The position numbers were made by a program, and so were the translations under genes. DNA of 64,000 nucleotides from a virus (taxonomy: Duplodnaviria; Caudoviricetes), in IMG/VR virus record IMGVR_UViG_3300037067_009230, positions 1-64,000 of that record; one strand, written 5' to 3'. The notes under the pieces are model-generated. The model was not told where the DNA came from, searched no databases, and saw only the letters and a list, made by a program, of their open reading frames with translations. Positions 1 through 9,933 of this stretch are shown piece after piece; the stretch's first letter is position 1; the number at the start of each line of letters is the position of its first letter.

Positions 1-321
1 ACCCCCAACATAACCATCATCTCTCCCGGTTGGAGTAAATGGTCTATACTTATTAGCATCAGACTTATCAAGGATCGTACGTACCCGTACATTCGTATCT
101 TTTTGAATCAATTGGCTCATGATAGGCTCATATACCTTATCAGTAATACCACTAGCTGCCGGATTCCAACTCTTTATAGTGGATATAGTCTGAGCATCGG
201 GTGAATATGTCTGATCCACTAATGGAATAGGTGTACGCCTCTCCGGAAACTGTATCTCACTATAATTCTGTAATGAAACGTTTGGAGTTATTAATGTTAC
301 AACGCCATCTAATGCTGCCAT
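1..321 (-). CDS. Partial ORF running off the window (MAALDGVVTLITPNVSLQNYSEIQFPERR...), probable tail structural protein
   Basis: ATG at 321, one base after the TGA of the upstream gene; I translated it open to position 1; not in the ORF track because it is truncated. Confidence 0.65.
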   Translation of the reverse strand, partial: MAALDGVVTLITPNVSLQNYSEIQFPERRTPIPLVDQTYSPDAQTISTIKSWNPAASGITDKVYEPIMSQLIQKDTNVRVRTILDKSDANKYRPFTPTGRDDGYVGG

Positions 322-322
322 A

Positions 323-2479
323 TCACGTACCGATTATAATATTAAACACATCACCCGCTACAATATTCCTACTAATAGCTACATCTTCCCATGTTTCAGC
401 AAAATCATTTACTACACAAGTGCCACTGTAAACCTCAATGCCATTAAAGTCAAAAATCCTAACATCTACAGTATCTACACCAGTATTAACAGGGTAAGGC
501 CAAAATTCAAAATGAATATTCGGAGTTCCTACTGTACCATAAGCATATGGACTCTCAGTTGGGACTGTAAGAGGTATAGTATGAAGATTATCTTTATATA
601 AACTAAACTCTTCCCCGGATACCTTTTGTAAATTATATATCGGATCTGCATACCCCAAAGAAGCAAAATGATTAGATGTTAATGTATATGAAGTAGTTAA
701 ACCTATCTGTAAATCATAATCAGCACCAACAACAGGATAATTAACTCCTGTTATAGTATAGATAGCCGTTCCTACAGATACATTAATATCTTGATAATTA
801 ACCTGAACAGGTGTATGAGAATAATCCCTTAATCTATAATATATCCTGACTATTCCCGCAGCCCCTGTATTCGTAGCACTAAATCTGAATGAAGATATTG
901 GAACACCATTCTGACCATCTGGGATAGTATATATGCTATTCAGTGCAACTACCGGAGATGTATAAATAATAGTAATATCCCCGAAGGGTGTACCCGGTAC
1001 AGTCGCAGTGAATATAAGAGTATCGGAACTGGATGTTAGAGTAATACCTAGAGCCAGAAAAGTAGGCCCATACAAAGTTGCAAAATTAGCGGCTGTGGTA
1101 GTAAGATCTGTATCGAAAGTAACAGGGTAAGCATTTCCATTATACCCTATATTTATTGACCCTGTATCACCAGTAAGGGTTACATGAACTACCTGAGCCG
1201 TAGTTGTATTACTGGCAATGGGAACGGCAAATAACATATTACCTTGATCATCATATAATTTAACTGCATAACCATATCTTTCCCCCAATCTATGAGATCG
1301 ATTAAAAACCTGATTCTGCATATTTGAAAACCCATCAGTACCAAGTTGCTTAATAATAGGTACAGTCAGTTTACTTGTTACCGTATCTATCTTAAATATA
1401 TCCTGTGTAGGGAGTTCCTTAGATTCATATTCAACACCACCTAATACAATCCTTCTGTTGAAATATCTAATAGTTCTGGCTCTTTTAATCGTACTATATG
1501 TGTTGGGAACAGATTCATCAAGTGTAGCCCATGCTATTGAATAATTATCTACAAATTCTATTATAGAATATGGGTTATTTTTTATATCAATAACGGACCC
1601 ATTTGCATCCAAGGACAATAATACATATTGAGCAATTGGGGTGTAATTAACAGACTGTCCCGTATTATTTACATACCTCTTAAGCTCAATATAATCAAAG
1701 CCCACAATATTTGTTAATCTAATCTTGAGTCTGATACCAAATTTTGTAGGAGTTAAACTAGGAGCCTGCCCAGCAATAAGTACACCGGAATTAGCCTTAA
1801 CAGCATCACTAGATCCCGATCTTGTATTATAAGGAACTGGTATATATGGTGTAGTAGGTCCCCATGCTGTTTTATCGTTTCCAATACTGACATAACGCAT
1901 TGCATACGCATAACTACCAGCCAAAAGACCCCCACCGGTACCTAAATTATCTAAGGACTGAAAAACAGGTTGATTAAGTTCTACTGATTTATTTATCTCA
2001 TAGAGTCGTTTATCATAATCAGCAAAATATGTGGTTGTAGATACAGATTCCAACATATCCTTTAAATCCAAGACAATAGGACATTGTTTATTATCAGTAA
2101 TAAACATCTCCCATGTCTCTGTATTTTTATCCCCATCTAAGTAATGGGTTACATCTCCCGGAAGATTGGAAGAAGATGCAATAAGTAGCCCGTTTGCATA
2201 AATATTAGTAGTCCCGTTAAAATACCAAAACTCAACTATGTATCCATTAAGCCAGATAGCCCCTACTAAAGTGGATGCAAAACCTAGACTGGTATCGACA
2301 ACAAAAGGTTCACTCCCCCCTATTTTCTGAAGGATATTCTTTACAATGTTTGATGCATGAAAATAATGAGCCTCTAGTACTGCACCCGTTTTGCTATCAA
2401 GCATCTCCGGATCAATATCCGCAGCAATACCACCAAAGAAAAGATTTGCAGAATACCGTTGTCCTTGACCGCCTTTCAT
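323..2479 (-). CDS. Tail muzzle/stabilization-like protein (N-terminal part) with inserted Thr/Gly-rich and Ig-like domains
   Basis: 718 aa in the virion module; N-terminus and RRIVLGG / ERYGYAVKLYD segments resemble crAss-like stabilization proteins; carries one copy of the repeated insertion domain. Confidence 0.5.
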   Translation of the reverse strand: MKGGQGQRYSANLFFGGIAADIDPEMLDSKTGAVLEAHYFHASNIVKNILQKIGGSEPFVVDTSLGFASTLVGAIWLNGYIVEFWYFNGTTNIYANGLLIASSSNLPGDVTHYLDGDKNTETWEMFITDNKQCPIVLDLKDMLESVSTTTYFADYDKRLYEINKSVELNQPVFQSLDNLGTGGGLLAGSYAYAMRYVSIGNDKTAWGPTTPYIPVPYNTRSGSSDAVKANSGVLIAGQAPSLTPTKFGIRLKIRLTNIVGFDYIELKRYVNNTGQSVNYTPIAQYVLLSLDANGSVIDIKNNPYSIIEFVDNYSIAWATLDESVPNTYSTIKRARTIRYFNRRIVLGGVEYESKELPTQDIFKIDTVTSKLTVPIIKQLGTDGFSNMQNQVFNRSHRLGERYGYAVKLYDDQGNMLFAVPIASNTTTAQVVHVTLTGDTGSINIGYNGNAYPVTFDTDLTTTAANFATLYGPTFLALGITLTSSSDTLIFTATVPGTPFGDITIIYTSPVVALNSIYTIPDGQNGVPISSFRFSATNTGAAGIVRIYYRLRDYSHTPVQVNYQDINVSVGTAIYTITGVNYPVVGADYDLQIGLTTSYTLTSNHFASLGYADPIYNLQKVSGEEFSLYKDNLHTIPLTVPTESPYAYGTVGTPNIHFEFWPYPVNTGVDTVDVRIFDFNGIEVYSGTCVVNDFAETWEDVAISRNIVAGDVFNIIIGT

Positions 2480-2493
2480 GGAACAAATTTAAG

Positions 2494-2532
2494 AAAATAT
2501 ACCTTAACCGATTTTAAGTTAAGGTATATTTT
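2494..2532. terminator. Inverted-repeat hairpin, probable terminator
   Basis: AAAATATACCTTAAC-9 nt-GTTAAGGTATATTTT, perfect 15-bp stem between genes. Confidence 0.55.
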
Positions 2533-2542
2533 TATGATTAAA

Positions 2543-2719
2543 CTATTTTCTATCTATATCAGGAAACTCTCCAGTGCTCCTGTGTCGATATATTAATATA
2601 CCTAAAAGGTAAATCCATCTATTCTGACCTATCTTTGCCCAAAAAGGCTTAGACTCTGATCCAGTATTTTTAAGTACCTTCTCATCATGAACATCTAAGA
2701 TTGGTCTATCCTTACTCAT
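2543..2719 (-). CDS. Small hypothetical protein (58 aa)
   Basis: ATG at 2719, directly after the stop of the upstream gene; shortened from track ORF 2543..2761. Confidence 0.45.
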   Translation of the reverse strand: MSKDRPILDVHDEKVLKNTGSESKPFWAKIGQNRWIYLLGILIYRHRSTGEFPDIDRK

Positions 2720-2721
2720 AA

Positions 2722-3618
2722 CTACTGAATTATATTTTGAGCAGCATTTGTTACAAGCCATCTACCCCCTTCTGTCATTGCAACGGCTCCGGCAAGTGTA
2801 AGAGTTACATTTGTAAAAGTTGGAGGAGCTTTATACTTTGTATCCGCAGATGTAGTAAATATAAGAACAGCACCGCTTGAAGTAAGTGTAATACCAGCAG
2901 CCAGATACGCATCAGCATTAGCAGTAACAAAAGCAGCAGCAGTTGTAGTAAGATTAGTATCATATTCTGCCTCTTTAGTTACACCAGCCATAGATATATT
3001 ACCAGTACCCGAACTACCAGAAAGAGTCATTCTATAAACCCTATTGGTATTAGTACCTTGAAATACTGCATCAAAAACATCCCGGCTACTTACAGTAACT
3101 GTTGGTTCTGTTCCCCCAGCAAAATAAAATCCATTGGTAGCCCATGTAACAGTGTAAGAACCTGAATTAATAAACTCTATACTTACCCTATCACTGTCAA
3201 CAGGCTCTACTGGCCTCTGCATGGTAATATTCTGACCAAAAGTAATTCTCCATACCTTAGCCTTTGAGGTATCAATCTTACAAGTACCCGTTACAGTACC
3301 TGATAGATTAGTTGTTGCATTAGCTATAGAAGCATTAATTTTATTAACAGTCTCCCACCCATAACGAGGGAGCACTGTAATAACACCAGATGCAGCAGAT
3401 ACAATGAAACCACGAGTATAATAATAACTGTAATTCGCAGTAACCCACGCAGTAGCAGCAGCAGCTAAATCAGTAACAAAAGATGCAGCAGCAGTATTAA
3501 GAATACCATTAATTGTAATATTCGCAGTTCCACCTGTACCAGTAAGAGTAATCACGTTACCATAAATAGTAACACTGTGGATACTTTTCTTCGGAAAATC
3601 CGGATTAAAGTGTTTCAT
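2722..3618 (-). CDS. Virion structural protein with two copies of the ~85-aa insertion domain
   Basis: 298 aa; two TL(S/T)G..GT.NI...T.L...A...VTAN motifs interrupt a beta-rich host domain. Confidence 0.7.
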   Translation of the reverse strand: MKHFNPDFPKKSIHSVTIYGNVITLTGTGGTANITINGILNTAAASFVTDLAAAATAWVTANYSYYYTRGFIVSAASGVITVLPRYGWETVNKINASIANATTNLSGTVTGTCKIDTSKAKVWRITFGQNITMQRPVEPVDSDRVSIEFINSGSYTVTWATNGFYFAGGTEPTVTVSSRDVFDAVFQGTNTNRVYRMTLSGSSGTGNISMAGVTKEAEYDTNLTTTAAAFVTANADAYLAAGITLTSSGAVLIFTTSADTKYKAPPTFTNVTLTLAGAVAMTEGGRWLVTNAAQNIIQ

Positions 3619-3691
3619 TATGATATAATATTAATTGTTAAGTAATTATACACAAATATAACATATAATAAAATACATGTTTAAATAATAG

Positions 3692-4111
3692 TTAATTACT
3701 TTTTATCTTTTTTACACCAATAGAAGCAGCCAATTCATGTATTTTATCTATGAATGGTTTAACCTGAGGTACTGTAAATATACCATTTGCTGCAAGACCT
3801 ATGAAAAGTCCAACTACAGCAGCTTCCCAAATAGGGTATAAAGCTACAAAACCAAAGTCAGCGATATCCGCTGCAACAAGTCCTATAATAGCTACACCCC
3901 AAGAAACTAATCTCTTTGGCCAATTAGCTTCTAACTTTAAAAGACCTGTAATGATAGCTGCAACAACCGGAACTGCTATTGCAAAAGCTTCAGGAGATCC
4001 TAAATAAGATCCAAGATTAGATATTACCTCCCAAATACTTGGATTTGGATTCTGAGCAAATATTGGAATCATAATTAATAACCCAATAAGAACAAATAAT
4101 AATTTTTTCAT
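3692..4111 (-). CDS. Multi-pass membrane protein, holin-like
   Basis: 139 aa, N-terminal signal-like segment, 3-4 hydrophobic helices, basic C-terminus. Confidence 0.55.
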   Translation of the reverse strand: MKKLLFVLIGLLIMIPIFAQNPNPSIWEVISNLGSYLGSPEAFAIAVPVVAAIITGLLKLEANWPKRLVSWGVAIIGLVAADIADFGFVALYPIWEAAVVGLFIGLAANGIFTVPQVKPFIDKIHELAASIGVKKIKSN

Positions 4112-4123
4112 AATTAAATTTAT

Positions 4124-4390
4124 TTATTGATTAAGTATTTTCGCTACAACCTCTGTTAATAAGTACCAAACAAACCCAACACCAGACCCTACACCTATAC
4201 CCGTCCATATTACCTTATTAAATCTATCCTTTAATCTGGAAACTTCTTCTTTCGTACGACAAAGTTCTTTTACTAAACCACTATCAGGAGAATATTCACT
4301 CCCTAACAAAGCTGTCTTTATTGCTGCCACATCTTTTTGTAAAGTTGATAAAACAGTATCGGGCACATTACACATATCTTTTTCAAGCAT
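4124..4390 (-). CDS. Coiled-coil plus C-terminal TM protein (XhlA/holin-like)
   Basis: 88 aa; ELCRTKEEVSRLKDRF helix followed by VIWTGIGVGSGVGFVWYLL. Confidence 0.5.
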   Translation of the reverse strand: MLEKDMCNVPDTVLSTLQKDVAAIKTALLGSEYSPDSGLVKELCRTKEEVSRLKDRFNKVIWTGIGVGSGVGFVWYLLTEVVAKILNQ

Positions 4391-4438
4391 GAGATAAATA
4401 ATTAAGGGTAATATAATAGAACGTTAATTTCCATAATG

Positions 4439-4837
4439 CTACTGACCTACGTTTAAAAACCAAACTATTCCTACAACTAAACAGATAAATTTCACAGGAT
4501 ACAAGACGCTTCCGGGGATCTTCTGAAGTGTTCTATCATATAACTTTGTCAACCCTATGTAATTCCATTCTTTCCCGGCTGATATATTCCAAATTACATC
4601 AAATATCCCGAATCTCATAAGGATATAAGCGGCCACCATCTTTATGAGTGAAACAGGTACAACATAAAAAGGGAATTGATAACCTAATGCAAAGGCAAAC
4701 AGTCCGATGACAATAACACCACGATAGACAAATTCTATCATCTCCGAAAAAATGTGTTTACCTCGTGATTTTAGTCCTTCGTAGACAGCCTCAAAGACTA
4801 TCAGGAATAAAGCAAGTAATAAAAGTGATGTATTCAT
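4439..4837 (-). CDS. Hypothetical membrane protein (132 aa)
   Basis: Start reassigned to MNTSLLLLALFL at 4837, directly after the upstream stop; several TM segments. Confidence 0.65.
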   Translation of the reverse strand: MNTSLLLLALFLIVFEAVYEGLKSRGKHIFSEMIEFVYRGVIVIGLFAFALGYQFPFYVVPVSLIKMVAAYILMRFGIFDVIWNISAGKEWNYIGLTKLYDRTLQKIPGSVLYPVKFICLVVGIVWFLNVGQ

Positions 4838-4838
4838 A

Positions 4839-5585
4839 TTATTGTAATTTCCAAAGTGATGCAGCTGCCGTAGGTGTCCATGTCGATATACTTGTATGTG
4901 CCTGTAAACATTTGTAGGTCTTTCCCAAATATGTAACAATATCCCCCACTTTGTAAGCAACTCCAATAGTCCATTCTGCTGATGTTACAACTACCTGCCA
5001 AAGCGTTCCGACTGTCAGTTCAGGATTCCATGCCTCCTGTGATTGATGTGGCTGAATGCATTTATAAGTTTTTCCGTTATATGTCCGTGTTGAGTTCAAG
5101 CCGACTTGTTCCCCTGTAATCCACGGTTGCCCTTCTGTGACAGTACGATAAAAACTGAATAATGCGGGTGTCAGCTCAGGAGCGTAAGCAGTCCTTGTGT
5201 GTTTCTGAACAACCATTACCGCCCCGTTACCGTAACTATATATCTCATCTTTTTTCAAATTACCTGAACTTGGCAAAGTAGGAAAAACAGAAGTTGAAAC
5301 CTTAGTCTCATAAACAGGAGTAGAAAGAATTGCTTCTTTACCATTCACCTCAATATTATCAATGACTTTCTGATCCAAATCAGGATCGTTAGTCTTTCTC
5401 GTTATAGCTGTTAACGCAGCATTGAGGGAAAGATCATTTAGAATCGTCAGATCAGCTTCATAACGGTTTCCGGCATTTTCTTCAGTCTGAACTCCATTAT
5501 CAACATGATTATAGAAATAAGCCCATTGACCTTCTTTCCATCGAACTGGCTCTTTTGGAAATTGTATGTTAGACTGTGTTTTCAT
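4839..5585 (-). CDS. Carbohydrate-binding protein with CBM5/12 (chitin-binding type 3)-like repeats
   Basis: Two clear W....Y..GD.VTY.GKTYKC.Q.H.S...W.P......W type modules plus one degenerate copy. Confidence 0.8.
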   Translation of the reverse strand: MKTQSNIQFPKEPVRWKEGQWAYFYNHVDNGVQTEENAGNRYEADLTILNDLSLNAALTAITRKTNDPDLDQKVIDNIEVNGKEAILSTPVYETKVSTSVFPTLPSSGNLKKDEIYSYGNGAVMVVQKHTRTAYAPELTPALFSFYRTVTEGQPWITGEQVGLNSTRTYNGKTYKCIQPHQSQEAWNPELTVGTLWQVVVTSAEWTIGVAYKVGDIVTYLGKTYKCLQAHTSISTWTPTAAASLWKLQ

Positions 5586-5595
5586 ATATCACTAT

Positions 5596-6900
5596 TTAAG
5601 GTATGTATGCCAAACGCGCCCCGATGCGCGCAGGCGTATCCGACGCCGCAGGATACGAATACAAGAAGCCGAAACCCGCACCCGTACCATCATGCGCAGC
5701 ACCGCCACACACCAACGCCCGCCATGCATTAACCAATCCGGGTGTATAATAATAATCGCACAGATATGTATTACTTGCACCACCGATACTTTTTGGTGCA
5801 AACAGACACGAATAATCAAACATTAGTGTCTTGACATATCCTGTAGTTGTAGGTAAGTCCCCTACATATGTATAATTATTCACTGTTGCATCTGCAAAAT
5901 TAGCAGGGGTATTGCAAACATATAGCTTGCTAACGCCACCAGCTGCCCCGTGCAAAACAGACAATCCGTCTAACCACTCCCAGACATCTCCAAAAGGACT
6001 TTCAATACCCCGATATCGAGGAACTTTTACAGCACCTGAACCATCACCAAATCCCGGAATTGTATATGATATCTCTCCTGATCCATTTCCTAATGAATTT
6101 GTAATACCGCAAGGTATCAGAGGATTAGTCCCATTGAAAGCAGTCCATGTTGCTGATGTAACTGTTGTAACACCATTTCCCAATCCTCCTTGTTTGTAAC
6201 CTTCGGCTGTAAGATTAAGATTAACTGCTTTTTGCGTGTTAAAAGTTGCATACTCAATCATGAACAACAAGTACATAAGCATATGTTGCTTATATGATTT
6301 GTTATTCCAGTTAATGCTCCCCCTATTGCGTGCATAAGTTCTAAAGTTTGTAAGCGATATACTCGTTGCAGGTTTACCTAACAAAGTGTTATTTGCAGCA
6401 TCCCAAGCAGCATTATTATCTCCACCTCGATAAGTTGCAGTAGTATTAACAACAGATGCAAGAGCAAGAGTTGATCTATTAAGACTTGCCTTGTAAGCAC
6501 CGGGAAAGAACTCATCCATTAACACAAATCCGGGCAAAGGAGAAAGACTAATTTTAAGATGATGTTTGCCAACAGAAGGGTTTTCATAACGATAATAAAA
6601 GTCAGGACAATCATCTACAACCATACCATCAGTACTATCCAGATTAGAACTTCCACCCCAATATTTTTTTGTCCAATCTTGGGAATTGAGATAATAATTT
6701 ACTGTTCCGTTATCACGAAGGAGACAACCTCTAATAAGCTTATGGACAGGCAACTCAGCATGACAGCGCATATCAGAAGCTATGCGTGTAAGATCAGGTG
6801 AAGTGTTTGCCTCGTCTATCTCAACACCGTACCACTGACGAGCGAAATAATCATTACTTGATAAACTTTCAATATGTAAACCTTTACCTATCGCTTTCAT
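5596..6900 (-). CDS. Receptor-binding/tail-fibre protein with C-terminal CLec-type DGR variable domain
   Basis: 434 aa; FGDVWEWLDG motif and terminal GG.A..G..AG....S...S.....IGARL pattern typical of DGR targets. Confidence 0.8.
   Translation of the reverse strand: MKAIGKGLHIESLSSNDYFARQWYGVEIDEANTSPDLTRIASDMRCHAELPVHKLIRGCLLRDNGTVNYYLNSQDWTKKYWGGSSNLDSTDGMVVDDCPDFYYRYENPSVGKHHLKISLSPLPGFVLMDEFFPGAYKASLNRSTLALASVVNTTATYRGGDNNAAWDAANNTLLGKPATSISLTNFRTYARNRGSINWNNKSYKQHMLMYLLFMIEYATFNTQKAVNLNLTAEGYKQGGLGNGVTTVTSATWTAFNGTNPLIPCGITNSLGNGSGEISYTIPGFGDGSGAVKVPRYRGIESPFGDVWEWLDGLSVLHGAAGGVSKLYVCNTPANFADATVNNYTYVGDLPTTTGYVKTLMFDYSCLFAPKSIGGASNTYLCDYYYTPGLVNAWRALVCGGAAHDGTGAGFGFLYSYPAASDTPARIGARLAYIP
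5611..5724 (-). other. DGR variable repeat (VR)
   Basis: 38 consecutive GC-rich codons, none ending in A; invariant GCG/TCG/ACG/GGT codons alternate with NNY codons consistent with mutated AAY template codons. Confidence 0.8.
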
Positions 6901-7754
6901 TTTACAAAATGTAACATACCTATACCTGTCCCAATTACAATCTCTTCAACAGGATATTCAAAATAAATATCTGTTCCTGCATTAAGTGTAAGACCCAAAA
7001 AATGCTTAGTCAAAACGACCAAACCATCAGCACCAGTGGTAACTACTGTTCCTGCTACATTAGATGTAACATTAGTAATAGTAGGAGTATCAAATAATAC
7101 TTTGGTAGAAGTAAATATTAAAGATACAGCAGAAGCTGTTGTATGTGATACTGTACCGGCTAAATCAGTGGTTGCATTAGTAATAACAGGAGCAGTAAAA
7201 GCTACTCCCGGTACATTTGCTGTAAATACTAAAGTACCAGCATTTGCTGTAACTACAACACCAACAGCTAAATAAGCAGCAGCATGACTTGTAACAAAAT
7301 TTGTTGCTGTGGTAGCTAAGTCAGTTGTGAAAGTAGCCAATTTTGTTAATCCCCCAGTTCCTGTAACATTAGCAGTTCCTGATGAACCTGATAATGTAAT
7401 AGTCTCTACCTGTGCTGTTGTTCCCCGTGTTAATGTAACACCCTTTTCAAGGAAACTACTGGCAAATGCAGTAACAAAATTACCAGCAGTTATATATAGA
7501 TTAGTAACAAAGGATAACAAATATATATAAGCCCCCATAACTATATGGGCAGTTCCTGATGAACCCGATAATGTAATGGTAGATACCTTATTAACAGTAT
7601 CTGGAAGTCTGTGCCTCATACTTGTAATGTTTAATGCATCGTATGAAGTTATACATTTAATCGGATGGGGTAATGTATTATCTGATACTTTATAAGTACC
7701 AGCAACAAAATAATCAGATCCCCCTAATACTGACATTGACATTAATTCGTCCAT
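6897..7754 (-). CDS. Virion structural protein with nested copies of the insertion domain
   Basis: 285 aa; TITLSGSSGTA occurs twice, and the second domain copy sits inside the first. Confidence 0.7.
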   Translation of the reverse strand: MDELMSMSVLGGSDYFVAGTYKVSDNTLPHPIKCITSYDALNITSMRHRLPDTVNKVSTITLSGSSGTAHIVMGAYIYLLSFVTNLYITAGNFVTAFASSFLEKGVTLTRGTTAQVETITLSGSSGTANVTGTGGLTKLATFTTDLATTATNFVTSHAAAYLAVGVVVTANAGTLVFTANVPGVAFTAPVITNATTDLAGTVSHTTASAVSLIFTSTKVLFDTPTITNVTSNVAGTVVTTGADGLVVLTKHFLGLTLNAGTDIYFEYPVEEIVIGTGIGMLHFVK

Positions 7755-7765
7755 AATATGATTAT

Positions 7766-8509
7766 TTATGCGTTAAGTTTACTATTATATTCAATAATAT
7801 CTTTCATCTGTTTACTATCTAACCTACGTAACCTCATTTTCGCTTCATGCCATGCTCCAGATAATCCATACTCATCTAATTGATTTATAGCATCCGATTG
7901 AATAATCCTATATCGTGCATCCCTCATCTTAAGAGCTCCGGCACATTTATCAGTTACCCAAAGTACAATAGCCTTACGCACCTCAGGTGGTATCATTTTA
8001 ACATCATCAAGATTCATTGAAGGAATACCATCAAAAGTTAATCTGACATAATCAAAATTACTACAAGCATCTGATAAATATATCTGACCATTCTGAACAC
8101 TAAAATAATATAAAGAGCATTCATCTACATTAACCCTTATAAAAGGATCTGTTACATTATAATGATGTACATCAGCAGTCATACCTGTGTTTGCTCCTCG
8201 TGTGTGCCTACCTTTTTTCCAGTAACAATTTTCAACATAACCCACATTATCCGGAGTACCTGTAAATAAATGAATCTGTCTAAGGTTAAAACAACCTTTT
8301 GGCATCTCAACTATTAAATCATCCGGTATTTCATAATCATTAGTTACAGGTAGAAAAGATATATCAAATCCAAGTTCATCCAAACCATTACGAACCTGAG
8401 CACGATAAAACCCCGGTGTAAGTAAAGACTGATCCTGATCATCAAGAATCACTAAGACATCAGCCAGTACCTCATTTATGCTTAAAAAATTTGCCGGATT
8501 TATATTCAT
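7766..8509 (-). CDS. Tail ring/tubular protein-like
   Basis: 247 aa; one of three similar-sized genes downstream of MCP, as in crAss-like phages. Confidence 0.5.
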   Translation of the reverse strand: MNINPANFLSINEVLADVLVILDDQDQSLLTPGFYRAQVRNGLDELGFDISFLPVTNDYEIPDDLIVEMPKGCFNLRQIHLFTGTPDNVGYVENCYWKKGRHTRGANTGMTADVHHYNVTDPFIRVNVDECSLYYFSVQNGQIYLSDACSNFDYVRLTFDGIPSMNLDDVKMIPPEVRKAIVLWVTDKCAGALKMRDARYRIIQSDAINQLDEYGLSGAWHEAKMRLRRLDSKQMKDIIEYNSKLNA

Positions 8510-9217
8510 TTATTCTTGCATTTGTTGTTGTTGTAAATCAGGATCGTTCACACTTATAAGCTTCTGCGTTGGCATAACTTTAGAATCCCATGCTGCCCCA
8601 TCGTTAATTTTATCGTTGGGTATGTTCAACGCAAAACGTCCCAGATCTAATATTTGCCTCTTCAATAAAGGAAGTAAATCCGTAGGAAATGGAAATTCAT
8701 CATCAATATCCATTGTCATACTCGATGGATCCAGAGTAGTCTTTAATCCTGCTTCTACTTCTGTGATATTTATTTGTTCTACACCAAGCAAATATATACG
8801 ATCGGATAACCTATAAAAATAAGGATTACTTGGAGAAGGTGTTTCTTCTTCCCTGAAATAAAGTCTTGCTGCTTTAGATGGAGTAGTTCGAGTAAACGTA
8901 GTACTGGAAAAACCCGGCAATGATAAGTCTATCTTAGGGGAATATGCTATATAAGCTATGCCATTATCCTTATCAAAATCATAAATAGATGATGGAAGAA
9001 CAAAATAATTTCTTCCATTAATAGGTTCTACAGCCACGGCAATAGTAAATGGAGAAACATAAGCACCTGAATCCCGTTTCTCTATATGTTGTTTTCTTAA
9101 ACGGTCACCAAAAGTACATACCCAATAAAAAACTTTAAAGGGGGAAATATCAGCATCATCGTAGACCTGCTTAAGATCATTTAAAATATCATATACAACA
9201 TATCTATATGTTACCAT
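8510..9217 (-). CDS. Tail ring/tubular protein-like
   Basis: 235 aa; synteny; IYLLGVEQINIT and FP.P..L motifs typical of adaptor rings. Confidence 0.5.
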   Translation of the reverse strand: MVTYRYVVYDILNDLKQVYDDADISPFKVFYWVCTFGDRLRKQHIEKRDSGAYVSPFTIAVAVEPINGRNYFVLPSSIYDFDKDNGIAYIAYSPKIDLSLPGFSSTTFTRTTPSKAARLYFREEETPSPSNPYFYRLSDRIYLLGVEQINITEVEAGLKTTLDPSSMTMDIDDEFPFPTDLLPLLKRQILDLGRFALNIPNDKINDGAAWDSKVMPTQKLISVNDPDLQQQQMQE

Positions 9218-9933
9218 TACCCACTAATTAAATTTATAAGTTGTGTAATATCTTTATCTGTAACAGTTAAATATTTACTATCTGGACTATGCTGTCGGGA
9301 TAAAAAATACAAAGTCTTATCCACCAGTAAATTAAAAACAGACTGGGGAAACTCTATAGCAGATGTTCCCGAAGTAACTTTAGTTGGATTTTTAAGATAC
9401 CATATAGCCACCTTATCTGATACAAATACTGAAGATGGACGAACTAATATATGATATACTGTATCACCAAAATATTTTGCAGGTCCTAAGTATCCTGAAC
9501 GAACAAAATCAGTTGGTATAGTCTGTAATGTACTTGCTGAGAAAGGGTCTTCGGAAGCATCGTTCCAAGATTCCAATGTCATTCTTGTTGCCCACCTGTT
9601 CTTAGTCTCTGATAAAACACTTGGAGAACCGGTAACAGTAGGATCTGGATCTACTCCACATATTGTCCATAAATTAGACATAAGAGAAGTCACATCCGCC
9701 TTTTTTGTAGTTCCTATTCCTGTTACAGTTACTATTGAAGTAGAAAGAAGCTCTCTCAGAGATTCAGGAGAAAGCTTCTTCTGTTCAAATGAAGCGTTAA
9801 ATACCATAACAAGGTAATTAACAGCCAAATTCAAAAATGGTGTAAGATCATCTATCTCCGAATATCTCCCGGAGTTATCATCGTCTAATACGGCTCTAAC
9901 AGTTGTAAATATATCGGAGGCTAATACACTCAT
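9217..9933 (-). CDS. Tail ring/head-tail adaptor-like protein
   Basis: 238 aa; YLKNP and IEFP motifs; synteny. Confidence 0.5.
   Translation of the reverse strand: MSVLASDIFTTVRAVLDDDNSGRYSEIDDLTPFLNLAVNYLVMVFNASFEQKKLSPESLRELLSTSIVTVTGIGTTKKADVTSLMSNLWTICGVDPDPTVTGSPSVLSETKNRWATRMTLESWNDASEDPFSASTLQTIPTDFVRSGYLGPAKYFGDTVYHILVRPSSVFVSDKVAIWYLKNPTKVTSGTSAIEFPQSVFNLLVDKTLYFLSRQHSPDSKYLTVTDKDITQLINLISG

Noticed and set aside
2484-2491. Promoter TAAATTTG for the muzzle-like gene
   Set aside because: Only 4 nt from the ATG, which would imply a leaderless mRNA, and no -33 element; may be chance in AT-rich DNA.
5505-5826. ORFs 5505..5732(+), 5566..5826(+), 5592..5819(-)
   Set aside because: Shadow frames caused by the GC-rich, stop-poor DGR variable region.
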